Assembly: GCA_949299395.1 (NCBI GenBank)
Contig: CASGAB010000003.1
Span: 137-64,136 of the forward strand
DNA from: an uncultured bacterium
GTDB taxonomy: Bacteria > Bacillota_I > Bacilli_A > RFN20 > CAG-826
Reading direction: 5' to 3'
DNA: 64,000 nt
In this document: positions 49,853-61,352 of the stretch, piece after piece
How the letters are laid out: the number at the start of each line of letters is the position of its first letter
How positions within the stretch are numbered: the first letter of the stretch is position 1
The notes under the pieces: model-generated
What the model was told of the DNA's origin: nothing
Databases searched by the model: none
Seen by the model: only the letters and a program-made list of their open reading frames with translations
Made by a program: the position numbers and the translations under genes

Positions 49853-50927
49853 TTTATATATTCACATTCCTTTTTGCTCAAAAATTTGTCCTTATTGTGA
49901 TTTTGTAAAATTAATAAAAAACGATACCTTTATTAAAAAGTATTTAGTTGAATTAAATAAAGATTTATTAGACGTAAAAAATAATTATCAAAAATTTAAG
50001 AGCATTTATATAGGGGGTGGAACACCCTCTATTTTAAATTGTGAGGATTTAACTAATCTTTTGTTAATTTTAAAGAAAATGCTTAGAAGTGGTGGGGAAT
50101 TTACTATTGAATGTAATCCTGAAGATATTAATGAAGAAAAACTTAGAATATTTAAAAAATACGGTATTAATCGTATTTCTATAGGCATTCAATCATTTAA
50201 TAACAATATTTTAAAAGAAATAAATAGAGATTATGGAATCGATTATTTTAAACTTATAAACCTCGTAAAAAAATATATTAAAAACATCAATGTTGATTTA
50301 ATTTATGGATTTAAAAATCAAACATTAACTGATTTAAAAGAAGATTTAAATAATTTTGTAAAACTTGATATTAATCATTTATCAATTTATTCATTAATCG
50401 TTGATCAAAATTCAATTTTCTTTAATAAAGGATATAAAGAACAAAATGAAGATGATTCAAGGATTTTTTATGATTATATTGTTTCTTTTTTAAGAGAAAA
50501 TAATTTTGAAAGATATGAAGTTTCTAATTTTGCTAAAAATAAAAAATATAGTAAACATAATTTAAATTATTGGAAAAATAATGAATATGTTGCTGTAGGA
50601 ATTGGAGCAAGTGGATATGAAAATAATATTCGCTACACCAATTCAATTTCTTTTAAAGATTATATAGATGGAAAAAGGATAGTTAATAAAGAAGAAGTTT
50701 CTTTTAAAACAAAAAAAGAATATTTTTTCATTACTAATTTAAGAATAGAAAAAGGTTTTAAGATTAAAGAATATAATAAGGTTTTTAAAGATGATTTCTT
50801 AAAAACATATAAAAACATAATCGAGGAACTTAAAAAAGATGGTCTTGTTAAGATAAAAAAAGGCTATTTTTCGTGTAGTGACGAAGGTATCGCAATCTTA
50901 GATAGAATTTTATTAAAATTTTTATAA
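49827..50927 (+). CDS. hemW: radical SAM heme chaperone HemW (start probably ATG 49827)
   Basis: YIHIPFCSKICPYCDF, GGGTPS, YEVSNF and HNLNYW; upstream of hrcA. Confidence 0.92.
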   Translation: MRIRKKINSLYIHIPFCSKICPYCDFVKLIKNDTFIKKYLVELNKDLLDVKNNYQKFKSIYIGGGTPSILNCEDLTNLLLILKKMLRSGGEFTIECNPEDINEEKLRIFKKYGINRISIGIQSFNNNILKEINRDYGIDYFKLINLVKKYIKNINVDLIYGFKNQTLTDLKEDLNNFVKLDINHLSIYSLIVDQNSIFFNKGYKEQNEDDSRIFYDYIVSFLRENNFERYEVSNFAKNKKYSKHNLNYWKNNEYVAVGIGASGYENNIRYTNSISFKDYIDGKRIVNKEEVSFKTKKEYFFITNLRIEKGFKIKEYNKVFKDDFLKTYKNIIEELKKDGLVKIKKGYFSCSDEGIAILDRILLKFL

Positions 50928-50930
50928 AAA

Positions 50931-51004
50931 TTAGCAGCTTTTACTTGACAGTGCTAATGGTTCTAATTATCATATATCTGGCGCTTGAGTAATGAGAGTG
51001 CTAG
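50931..51004 (+). promoter_or_regulatory. two CIRCE operators plus sigma-A promoter of the hrcA-grpE-dnaK operon
   Basis: TTAGCAGCT-N9-CAGTGCTAA (50931-50957) and CTGGCGCTT-N9-GAGTGCTAG (50978-51004); TTGACA (50945)-N17-TATCAT (50968). Confidence 0.85.
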
Positions 51005-52081
51005 ATGAAAAATATGGAACTTAATAGAAAGCAAAAAATATTAAAACTTATCATAGAAGATTTTATAAAATATGCCGAACCTGTTGGATCAAATTATTTA
51101 ATTGAAAAATATAAATTACCTTATTCTAGTGCAACTATTCGTAATGAAATGGCTGAACTTGAAAAAGATGGTTTATTAGAAAAAACCCATACTTCAAGTG
51201 GAAGAGTTCCTTCAACAAAAGGTTATCAATATTATATTGAGAACTTAAGAAGTAAAAAGGTTGATGAGAAATTTAAAAATGAAATCCAAAGTATTTTTTC
51301 ATCGTCAAAATCAGTTGAAGAAGTTATTAGAGAAAGCTGTGAAATTCTTTCTTCTATGACTAATTTAACTAGTATAGTTTTAGGACCAAGTGCGACTGCT
51401 GAACACTTATTAAGCATTCAACTTATTCCTTTAACTAATAATAGTTGCTCAGCAATCTTTGTTACTGATAAAGGTTATGTCGAAAATAAAACTTTTATTC
51501 TTAAAGATAATGTATCAATGAATGATGTTAAAAATTGCCTTGATATGTTAGATAAAAGATTAAAAGGAACAGCAGTTAGTGAGCTAGTTGATAAATTAGA
51601 ATCATTAAAACCTTTATTTGAAGATTATATTGAAGACTACAACTATTTATTTACATCATTAGTTAAAACATTCTATGAATTTGCAAAAGAAAGAAGCACG
51701 ATTTATGGAACTGAAAATATGTTAGCTCAACCTGAATATAAGGATGATGCTGAAGAACTTAAAAAGTTATTTGATTTATTCTCTCATCCGGATGAATTAA
51801 ATAAATATATTAAGTTAACTGAAGAAACGATTACCGATGCTTCTGAAATTAATGATGATTTAAAAGATTTAACTATTATCTCAAAAGATATAGAAACTAA
51901 CGGAAATTCCTTAGGAAAAATTGCAATTATTGGACCTAGAAGAATGGATTATGAAAACGTCTTATCTGCTCTTGAATATACAATTAATGAATTAATTAAA
52001 CATTTAGGTAGTTCGGATATTGAATATGAAAGAGATGATTATGACGATGAAGGAGGAAATGGAAATGATGGAAGAGCATAA
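51005..52081 (+). CDS. hrcA: heat-inducible transcription repressor HrcA
   Basis: EPVGS, SSATIRNEMA.LE, HTSSGRVPS and IGPRRMDY. Confidence 0.97.
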   Translation: MKNMELNRKQKILKLIIEDFIKYAEPVGSNYLIEKYKLPYSSATIRNEMAELEKDGLLEKTHTSSGRVPSTKGYQYYIENLRSKKVDEKFKNEIQSIFSSSKSVEEVIRESCEILSSMTNLTSIVLGPSATAEHLLSIQLIPLTNNSCSAIFVTDKGYVENKTFILKDNVSMNDVKNCLDMLDKRLKGTAVSELVDKLESLKPLFEDYIEDYNYLFTSLVKTFYEFAKERSTIYGTENMLAQPEYKDDAEELKKLFDLFSHPDELNKYIKLTEETITDASEINDDLKDLTIISKDIETNGNSLGKIAIIGPRRMDYENVLSALEYTINELIKHLGSSDIEYERDDYDDEGGNGNDGRA

Positions 52082-52766
52082 CGAACATTGTTGCTGTCAT
52101 CATCATGAAGATGATGAATGCTGCAAAAATGAAGAAAATGAATCAGTAGTTCAAGAACACGAATGTTGTTGTGGACATCATGATCATGAAGGTTGCTGTC
52201 AAAAAGAAGAAAATGATGAGCCTATTGATATGAAGGCTTCATATAAAAGAAAATTAGCAAAAAAAGATGATGAAATTGCTAAATTAAAAGAAGATGTTGA
52301 ACATTGGAAAAATGAATATTATCGAGTTTATGCTGATATGGCTAACTTAAGAAAAGATATTCAAAAAGACCATAGTGAAGCTATTAAATATCGTTTAGAA
52401 GGATTTATTTCTGATTTAGTAAGTGTTCTTGATTCATTCGAGATTGCTCTAAAATACGAATCAAAATCTGAAGAAACTAAAAACTTCTTGATGGGATTCC
52501 AATTTGTTTATTCAAACTTATTAAATATCTTATCAAATGAAGGTGTTCAAATTATCGAACCAAAGCTTGATGATAAATTTGATGAAAAAGTTATGCAAGC
52601 TGTTGAAAAAGTTCAAGATGATGGCGAAGAAAACTTAGTAAAACAAGTTAACTTAAAAGGTTATAAATTACATGATCATTTAGTTAGACCAGCAATGGTT
52701 AAAGTAAGTGCTCATGAAGTTGAAAACAAAGAAGAAAACAATGACGAAAGTCAATCAGATAAATAA
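52065..52766 (+). CDS. grpE: nucleotide exchange factor GrpE with Cys/His-rich N-terminus (ATG 52065 fits AGGAGG)
   Basis: YADMANLRK, FDEKVMQAV and KGYKLHDHLVRPAMVKV; between hrcA and dnaK. Confidence 0.93.
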   Translation: MMEEHNEHCCCHHHEDDECCKNEENESVVQEHECCCGHHDHEGCCQKEENDEPIDMKASYKRKLAKKDDEIAKLKEDVEHWKNEYYRVYADMANLRKDIQKDHSEAIKYRLEGFISDLVSVLDSFEIALKYESKSEETKNFLMGFQFVYSNLLNILSNEGVQIIEPKLDDKFDEKVMQAVEKVQDDGEENLVKQVNLKGYKLHDHLVRPAMVKVSAHEVENKEENNDESQSDK

Positions 52767-52772
52767 TTTTAG

Positions 52773-54647
<1,875 letters not shown>

Positions 54648-54652
54648 TAACT

Positions 54653-54678
54653 AAGGGAAGTAAAAACTTCCCTTTATT
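54653..54678 (+). terminator. hairpin between dnaK and dnaJ
   Basis: AAGGGAAGT-AAAA-ACTTCCCTT. Confidence 0.7.
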
Positions 54679-54705
54679 ATCTATTGATGGATGAAAGGAG
54701 GATTT

Positions 54706-55857
54706 ATGGCTGGTAGTAAGAGAGATTATTATGAAATATTAGGTATTAATAAAAGTGCTTCTCAAGATGAAATTAAGAGCGCTTATCGTAAATTAGCTAA
54801 AAAATACCATCCTGATAATAAAGAAACTGGCGATGCTGAAAAGTTTAAAGAAGCAACTGAAGCTTACAGTGTCTTAAGTGATGAAAATAAAAGAAAAACT
54901 TATGATCAATTTGGCCACGCCGCATTTGATCAAGCTAGCGGTGGACAAAATCCATTCGCTGGTAGCGGATTTGAAGGCTTCAATTTTGGTGGCGGCGACT
55001 TTGATGATTTAAACGACATTTTATCGAGAATGTTCGGTGGTTTTGGTGGTTTTGGCGGTTCAAGAAGAACATCAAATGGTCCTTATAAGGGCGATGATAC
55101 ATTAATGAGAATCCGTATTAATTTTATGGATGCTGTAAATGGTAAAAAAGTTACAATCCCTGTTTCTTATGATGAAAAATGTAAGGATTGTAATGGAACC
55201 GGCGCTAAAAACGGAACTGATTATGATAAATGTCCTCATTGTAACGGCAAAGGTAGAGTTATTAGACAAACTCAAACTTTCTTTGGAACAATGCAATCTG
55301 AACAGCCTTGTTCTTATTGTGGTGGAACTGGAAAAATTATTAAAACAAAGTGTCCTACATGTGGTGGAAAAGGTTATTCAAGAGTCAAAAAAGACATTGA
55401 AATAAATATTCCAGCTGGTATTCAATCCGGACAACAAATTAGAGTTGCTGGAAAAGGTGGAAGAGGCTTAAATGGCGGCGAAAACGGCGATTTATATATC
55501 GAAGTTTTAGTAACTGAACATAATTATTTCAAGCGTGATGGAAATAATGTTCATATTACTATCCCGCTCGATTTTATTGATGCTGTTTTAGGAACAACTT
55601 TAACTGTTCCAACTGTTTATGGTGAAGTTAATTTAAAAATACCTAGCGGAACTCAACCAAATAGTGTTTTTAGACTTAAAGATAAAGGTATTAAGGAATT
55701 AAGAGGCAATGGATATGGTGATGAATATGTCCATGTTGATGTAAAAATTCCTACATCAATTAGTAAAGATCAAAAGAAAGCACTTGAAGCTTATAAAGAA
55801 GCAAGTGATAAAAACGATTCATTCTTTACTAAATTTATGAAAAACTTTAAAAAATAA
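54706..55857 (+). CDS. dnaJ: chaperone DnaJ (ATG 54706 after AGGAGG)
   Basis: HPD J-domain, G/F-rich region and four CxxCxGxG repeats. Confidence 0.98.
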   Translation: MAGSKRDYYEILGINKSASQDEIKSAYRKLAKKYHPDNKETGDAEKFKEATEAYSVLSDENKRKTYDQFGHAAFDQASGGQNPFAGSGFEGFNFGGGDFDDLNDILSRMFGGFGGFGGSRRTSNGPYKGDDTLMRIRINFMDAVNGKKVTIPVSYDEKCKDCNGTGAKNGTDYDKCPHCNGKGRVIRQTQTFFGTMQSEQPCSYCGGTGKIIKTKCPTCGGKGYSRVKKDIEINIPAGIQSGQQIRVAGKGGRGLNGGENGDLYIEVLVTEHNYFKRDGNNVHITIPLDFIDAVLGTTLTVPTVYGEVNLKIPSGTQPNSVFRLKDKGIKELRGNGYGDEYVHVDVKIPTSISKDQKKALEAYKEASDKNDSFFTKFMKNFKK

Positions 55858-55875
55858 GACTTAAAATCTATAATT

Positions 55876-55904
55876 AAACTAGTTTGAAAAAACTAGTTTT
55901 TTTT
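55876..55904 (+). terminator. hairpin after dnaJ
   Basis: AAACTAGTTT-GAAA-AAACTAGTTT followed by T5. Confidence 0.6.
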
Positions 55905-56687
55905 ATGGATAAAATTAAATGTATTGGAGCAATTTTAGGTGATGCAATCGGTTCTAAATTTGAACTTTCTTTTAATGATAAAATTTATCCATTAATTGAA
56001 GAAAATAAAAACTTTTTATCTGATGATTCGATGTTAACTTTAGCGACAATGGATTATCTTTTGCATCATAAAAATAACGATATTTATGCTATTTATTTAA
56101 AAAAATGGTATAAACTTTATCCTAATTCTAAATATGGTTATTCTTTTAAAAAATGGTGTGAATCTGATTCATTAAGAGGTTATAAATCTATTGGAAATGG
56201 ATGTTTAATGAGAATATCTCCGATTGTTTATTTTTATGATGACTTAAATATAATTTTAATTGAAACAAGAAAGAATGTTGAAGCAACTCATAATGAAGAT
56301 GAATCCATAATTTCAACTAAGATTTTTATGGAATTAATGTATTATGCAAAAAATGGAAAAACTAAAGAATTTTTAAAAGATTATTTAAAAGAAAATTATC
56401 AAATTGATGTAAATAAAATTAATATAAATAAAGAAACTGTTTTTGCTTATCAAACTTTACTAAATTGTCTTTATTTTTTCTTTAAAACCAATAATTTAAA
56501 AGAACTTATTGTTGAATTAATAAAATTTAATGGTGACATTGATACAAATTTAGCAATTTCTTTATCATTAGGGGAGTTTTATTATAAAATAGATAGTAGT
56601 TTATTAAATAGTCTATTTAATAAAGTTATACAAAATGATCAAACGATTCTTGATTTAATAAAAGAATTCAATGAAAAAATAAAATAA
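55905..56687 (+). CDS. ADP-ribosylglycohydrolase (DraG/ARH family; start 55905 or TTG 55884)
   Basis: GAILGDAIG, SDDS, GNGCLMRISP, THN and GDIDT motifs. Confidence 0.88.
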   Translation: MDKIKCIGAILGDAIGSKFELSFNDKIYPLIEENKNFLSDDSMLTLATMDYLLHHKNNDIYAIYLKKWYKLYPNSKYGYSFKKWCESDSLRGYKSIGNGCLMRISPIVYFYDDLNIILIETRKNVEATHNEDESIISTKIFMELMYYAKNGKTKEFLKDYLKENYQIDVNKININKETVFAYQTLLNCLYFFFKTNNLKELIVELIKFNGDIDTNLAISLSLGEFYYKIDSSLLNSLFNKVIQNDQTILDLIKEFNEKIK

Positions 56688-56701
56688 AAGAGAGTATTAC
56701 A

Positions 56702-57142
56702 ATGTTACAATGCAAAAACTGTGGTGAAAAATTAACAAAATTTCAAAAAGAACGCTGCCCATATTGTGGATGTGAAAAACCAATTGAAGATATGGTTGAT
56801 ATTTCCGATACAACCCAAACAATCGAACAAATTAGAGATGAAGAATTAGAATTTAGTGAAAAAAGTCTAAAAACTTATAATATTTTTTCTATTCTTTTGG
56901 GATTATTTTCAGCCGATTTATTCTATTTAGGTTTTAAAACTCAAGGTTTTATGCGTTTATTAATCAATTTTGGCATTTGGTTAATAGCATTTTTAACAAT
57001 CTTTTTAATTGATAATAGCCTTGTTATTATTGCAATTTTTGTTCCTTTAGCAGTTTTATATCTTGTTTATGTAATTTATGGTTTATTTAAATTAATTAAA
57101 CAAAACCGTATTAAAGATAAAAATGGAGTTCATTTAAAATAA
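56702..57142 (+). CDS. zinc-ribbon plus TM2-like membrane protein
   Basis: CKNCG...CPYCG, then TM2-like LLGLFSADLFYLG and further TM helices. Confidence 0.75.
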   Translation: MLQCKNCGEKLTKFQKERCPYCGCEKPIEDMVDISDTTQTIEQIRDEELEFSEKSLKTYNIFSILLGLFSADLFYLGFKTQGFMRLLINFGIWLIAFLTIFLIDNSLVIIAIFVPLAVLYLVYVIYGLFKLIKQNRIKDKNGVHLK

Positions 57143-57143
57143 C

Positions 57144-57854
57144 ATGCAACGTTATTTTTTAAAAAAAGAAAATAGTTATGAATTAACAAGTGATGACATT
57201 TTTCATATCTTAAAAGTCATGAGAATGAAAATGTTCGATCAATTTGAAATTGTTAATGATGAAGGTGTCTTTTTAGCAAAGATTACTAATGTTATTCCTT
57301 TTAGCTATGAAATTGTTAAAAAGATTGAAGAAAATAACGAAATTAACGGATATATTCGTCTTTTATATTGCATTCCTAAGGGCGAAAAACTTGATTTAGT
57401 TATTCAAAAAGCTACTGAACTTGGAGTTAAAGAAGTAGTTTTAATTAATTCTTCACGCTGTGTTGCTAAAATTGATTCTAAGAATAAAGAAAAGAAATTA
57501 GAAAGATTTAATAAAATTATCAAAGAAGCAACTGAGCAATCAAAAAGAGATCAATTAATGATTTTAAATGACGTGATTGATTATAAAAATATCGATAAAT
57601 ATGACGCAGATTTAAGCTTTATTGCTTTTGAAAATGAATCAAAAAAAGATGAAATAAATGTTTTAAATTATTTATCTTCTTTAAAAGGTAAAACAATTAA
57701 TATTTTAATTGGTCCAGAAGGTGGATTTTCTCAAGAAGAAGTTGATTATGCTATTGAAAAAGGTTATCAATTAACATCTTTAGGAAAAAGAATATTAAGA
57801 AGTGAAACTGCATGTTTATCGCTTATTTCCATCTTTAGTTATTTTATGAATTAA
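57144..57854 (+). CDS. rsmE: 16S rRNA m3U1498 methyltransferase
   Basis: MQRYF, IQKATELGV, EATEQS, IGPEGGF and LGKRILRSETA. Confidence 0.97.
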   Translation: MQRYFLKKENSYELTSDDIFHILKVMRMKMFDQFEIVNDEGVFLAKITNVIPFSYEIVKKIEENNEINGYIRLLYCIPKGEKLDLVIQKATELGVKEVVLINSSRCVAKIDSKNKEKKLERFNKIIKEATEQSKRDQLMILNDVIDYKNIDKYDADLSFIAFENESKKDEINVLNYLSSLKGKTINILIGPEGGFSQEEVDYAIEKGYQLTSLGKRILRSETACLSLISIFSYFMN

Positions 57855-57858
57855 AATT

Positions 57859-58617
57859 ATGAAACTATTCGATTATTTATATAAAGTTAGAAACAAAAGA
57901 CATTTTATTAACTCAGATGAGTATATATTTTTCAATAAATATAAGCATCTTTTAGAAGATGAACAATCTTTTATGTTTTATGCTGATACAGAGTCTCTTT
58001 TTGATATTTTAAAAGCAAATATCATTATTAAAGGAATTTTAAATAAAAACACTATTGAACAAATTATTGAAGAAGAATATTTAAATAAAAACTTTAATAC
58101 AAACAATGAAATTATCGAAAATATCAAAGAAAGAAGTTTAGATTTACCATATTTAAGAGTAGAAGATCAAAAAATATATATTCCTTTTTTTAATCGCTCT
58201 ACAAATTTAGTTTATACGACAAACTTCGAAGAAATTTTAAAAGAACCTTATATAGATTTAACAAAAAAATATGCTCCATTTGTCGTAAATCCTTTTGAAA
58301 CTTATCAAATGGATCTATTTGAATCACTTTTTACTAAATTTGTAAGAGTAATGGAAGATGAAACATCGGTAGCTTTTTATCATTACGATTTAAGAACAAT
58401 TTTTATTATTAATAAACAAGGTTATTTAGATAATTACATCTGTTTATTCGATAAATACCTTAAAAATCCTTCAGAAGAAAGGATTATTGATCGAATTAGA
58501 ACTGTTATTAAATATTATTATGAAAATAATTTAACTAGCTTTTTATATTCTTTATATGAAAACAGTTTAATTAGTTATTACGTTTATAGAAGATTATGCA
58601 AATGGAAAAAGATTTAA
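57859..58617 (+). CDS. hypothetical protein (252 aa)
   Basis: Long ORF packed between rsmE and mtaB; no motif recognised. Confidence 0.7.
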   Translation: MKLFDYLYKVRNKRHFINSDEYIFFNKYKHLLEDEQSFMFYADTESLFDILKANIIIKGILNKNTIEQIIEEEYLNKNFNTNNEIIENIKERSLDLPYLRVEDQKIYIPFFNRSTNLVYTTNFEEILKEPYIDLTKKYAPFVVNPFETYQMDLFESLFTKFVRVMEDETSVAFYHYDLRTIFIINKQGYLDNYICLFDKYLKNPSEERIIDRIRTVIKYYYENNLTSFLYSLYENSLISYYVYRRLCKWKKI

Positions 58618-59876
58618 CATTTTTAATAGAATTTTTAGGATGTAAAGTTAATAGTTATGAAGTCGAATGTATTGCAAATGAATTAGAAGACCATAATTAT
58701 CGACTTTTCGATGCAAAAAATGACGATTTTCCAACAGTAATTATTATTAATACATGTGCTGTAACTCAAACATCTGTGGTTAAGGATAGAAAAATGATTC
58801 GTCATTATAGAAAACTTTATCCTGAAGCTATTTTAGTAGTTATGGGTTGCTATGCATCTTTTGGTGGAGAAGAAATTTTAAATGATCTGGGTGCAAATAT
58901 TGTTATAGGAACACAAAATCGTGATAAATTAATTGAACTAATAGATAACTATAAAACTACTAAAAAACAACTTTTAATTGATGATAATAAAAAACGGGAC
59001 TATGAAAATATACATTTGAATCATTTTTTATTTAATACAAGAGCATATGTAAAAATCCAAGATGGTTGTAATAATTTTTGTTCTTATTGCTTAATTCCCT
59101 ATGTTAGAGGAAGATCAAGAAGTAGAAAAAAAGAAGATATTTCTTTTGAAATTCATGAACTTATTCAAAATGGATATAAAGAAGTAGTTTTAACTGGAAT
59201 TGATATGTCTTCTTATGGATTTGATTTATATGAAAACTTCACATTTAGCGATCTTTTAGAATATATTTTAGAAAATAATAAAGATTTATATCGTTTAAGA
59301 ATTTCTAGTATTGAAGAAAGTAATATTGATGAGAAGTTTTTATATCTTTTAGAAAAATATACAGTAATTGCAAATCATTTACATGTTCCTTTACAAAGCG
59401 GAAGTCGCAAAATTGTTGAAAAAATGAATAGAAAATATAACTTAAATGAGTTTAAAGAGAAAATTATTAAAATTCGAGAAATTAGGCCTGATATTGCAAT
59501 TTCTACCGATATTATCGTTGGTTTTCCTGGTGAAACTGACGAGGACTTTTTAGAAACATATAATAATGCTAAAGAGATAAAATTTTCTAAAATACATGTT
59601 TTTCCATATTCTCCAAGAAAAGGAACGTTAGCTGAAAAAATGAAAAATCAAGTCGATGGAAATGTTAAAAAAGAAAGAGTTAATCGTTTAATTTCTTTAT
59701 CTGAAACACTTGAAAAAGAATATCAAAGTCAATTTATTGGCAAAAAAATCGAATTTTTATTTGAAAGTAAGGAAAATGGTTACTATCCTGGACACTCTTC
59801 AAATTTCTTAGAAATAAAAGTTGAAAGTGAAGATAATTTAAACGGAAAAATTCGCGAATTTATCTACAAAAATTAA
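58596..59876 (+). CDS. mtaB: tRNA t6A37 methylthiotransferase MtaB
   Basis: LGCKVNSYE, INTCAVT, KIQDGCNNFCSYC and HVFPYSPRKGT. Confidence 0.95.
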   Translation: MQMEKDLTFLIEFLGCKVNSYEVECIANELEDHNYRLFDAKNDDFPTVIIINTCAVTQTSVVKDRKMIRHYRKLYPEAILVVMGCYASFGGEEILNDLGANIVIGTQNRDKLIELIDNYKTTKKQLLIDDNKKRDYENIHLNHFLFNTRAYVKIQDGCNNFCSYCLIPYVRGRSRSRKKEDISFEIHELIQNGYKEVVLTGIDMSSYGFDLYENFTFSDLLEYILENNKDLYRLRISSIEESNIDEKFLYLLEKYTVIANHLHVPLQSGSRKIVEKMNRKYNLNEFKEKIIKIREIRPDIAISTDIIVGFPGETDEDFLETYNNAKEIKFSKIHVFPYSPRKGTLAEKMKNQVDGNVKKERVNRLISLSETLEKEYQSQFIGKKIEFLFESKENGYYPGHSSNFLEIKVESEDNLNGKIREFIYKN

Positions 59877-59957
59877 TTTTTACACTGTCAAAAGAAATTA
59901 CTTGAAATTTATCGTTATATCTATATAATTATTCTTGCATTCGGAGGATATTAATAT

Positions 59958-60143
59958 ATGGCAGTCCCACAAAGAAGAACTAGTAAAACTGCAAAAAGAA
60001 TGAGAAGATCACACATCAAAATTAAAATTAAAGGTGTAAGTGTTTGCTCTCACTGTGGTGCAGTTTGTAAACCACATACAGTCTGTAAAAATTGCGGATA
60101 CTATGATGGAAAACAAATTATTAAAGTAAAAGGTTCAAAATAA
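59958..60143 (+). CDS. rpmF: 50S ribosomal protein L32 (Zn-binding type)
   Basis: MAVPQRRTSK and two CxxC motifs; TTGAAA-N16-TATAAT at 59902-59929; terminator-like hairpin 60144-60166. Confidence 0.97.
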   Translation: MAVPQRRTSKTAKRMRRSHIKIKIKGVSVCSHCGAVCKPHTVCKNCGYYDGKQIIKVKGSK

Positions 60144-60196
60144 GGCTCAACATCGAGTCTTTTTTTGTTAAAATATTTATATTATCGAGGTGAACT

Positions 60197-60835
60197 ATGG
60201 AATATAACAAATTAATCGATCACACTTTATTAAAAGCTGATGCAACAGAAGAAGAAATTGTTAAATTATGTAAAGAAGCTAAAGAATATAATTTCATGTC
60301 AGTCTGTGTTAATCCATGCTATATTGAAGTTGCAAAAAGAGAATTAGCAGGAAGTGATGTTAAAGTTTGTGTTGTCACAGGCTTCCCTTTAGGAGCTATG
60401 AGAACCGAAGCAAAAGTATTTGAATCAAAAGACGCTGTTGATCATGGTGCAGACGAAGTAGATGTTGTTATTAATATTGGTGCTTTAAAAGACCATAAAG
60501 ATGACTATGTTTTAAATGAATTAAAATTAATCAAACAAGCTATTCCAAATAATGTTTTAAAAGTAATTATTGAATGTTGTTTATTAAATAATGAAGAAAT
60601 TGAAAGAGCTTCAAGATTAGTTAAAGAATCAGGTGCAGATTTTGTTAAAACTTCAACTGGTTTCTCAAAATGGGGTGCAAAATTAGAAGATGTTGCCTTA
60701 ATGAGAAAAACAGTCGGACCAGATTTAGGTGTTAAAGCAGCTGGTGGTGTTAAAACTCATGATGATATGATTGAGTTTGTTAAAGCAGGTGCTACTAGAA
60801 TCGGCACTAGTAATGGCGTTTCTTTAATGAAATAA
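60197..60835 (+). CDS. deoC: deoxyribose-phosphate aldolase
   Basis: IDHTLLK, FVKTSTGF, VKAAGG and RIGTS. Confidence 0.97.
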   Translation: MEYNKLIDHTLLKADATEEEIVKLCKEAKEYNFMSVCVNPCYIEVAKRELAGSDVKVCVVTGFPLGAMRTEAKVFESKDAVDHGADEVDVVINIGALKDHKDDYVLNELKLIKQAIPNNVLKVIIECCLLNNEEIERASRLVKESGADFVKTSTGFSKWGAKLEDVALMRKTVGPDLGVKAAGGVKTHDDMIEFVKAGATRIGTSNGVSLMK

Positions 60836-60907
60836 TCGATTTTTCTTGAATTTTATTATATTTTTGTGTATAAATATTAAGCACGCGTCAAAGGAGGTGA
60901 AGGTAGA

Positions 60908-61081
60908 ATGTCAAAAGTCGTTGTTAGAGAAGGCGAAACTTTAGATGAAGCTTTAAGAAGATTCAAAAGACAAGTTAATAAAGCCGGAACCATCCAAGAA
61001 TGTCGTAGAAGAGAATGCTTTTTAAAAAAATCATTAAAGAGAAAATTAAAAAGCGAAAATGCTAGAAAAAAATATAGATAA
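60908..61081 (+). CDS. rpsU: 30S ribosomal protein S21 (57 aa, missing from the ORF track)
   Basis: Hand translation [36 protein letters not shown]...; AAGGAGGTGA SD. Confidence 0.96.
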   Translation: MSKVVVREGETLDEALRRFKRQVNKAGTIQECRRRECFLKKSLKRKLKSENARKKYR

Positions 61082-61084
61082 AAT

Positions 61085-61109
61085 AAAGTCCTTGAAAAAG
61101 GACTTTTTT
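61085..61109 (+). terminator. rpsU terminator
   Basis: AAAGTCCTT-GAAA-AAGGACTTT-TTT. Confidence 0.85.
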
Positions 61110-61286
61110 GTTGCTTGAAATAGATAATTATTACAAATGAAAGTACTTAACAAATTAGTTAGAACTTTTTTGTTTTTGCTGCGTAATTTTTTTAATTTAA
61201 GAGCGTTTCACTTTGTGAAGGGCTATGGGATAATTCTTTCCCTTTAATAATATATAATAAGGTTTGAAAGAAGAAGAAATTTAAAT

Positions 61287-61346
61287 AAATTTTCAAAAAA
61301 ATGAGAGGATTTTTCAAATTCCAGCATTCTTGTTTATATAAAGGAG
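61287..61346 (+). promoter_or_regulatory. second copy of the comEA-type promoter motif
   Basis: AAATTTTCAAAAAAATGA-N18-AGCATTCTTGTTTATATAAAGGAG. Confidence 0.65.
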
Positions 61347-61352
61347 AGTTTT

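Noticed and set aside
59931..59947. ATTCTTGCATTCGGAGG upstream of rpmF resembling the comEA motif
   Set aside because: Only GCATTC matches. The upstream block and spacing are absent, and a normal sigma-A promoter explains the region.
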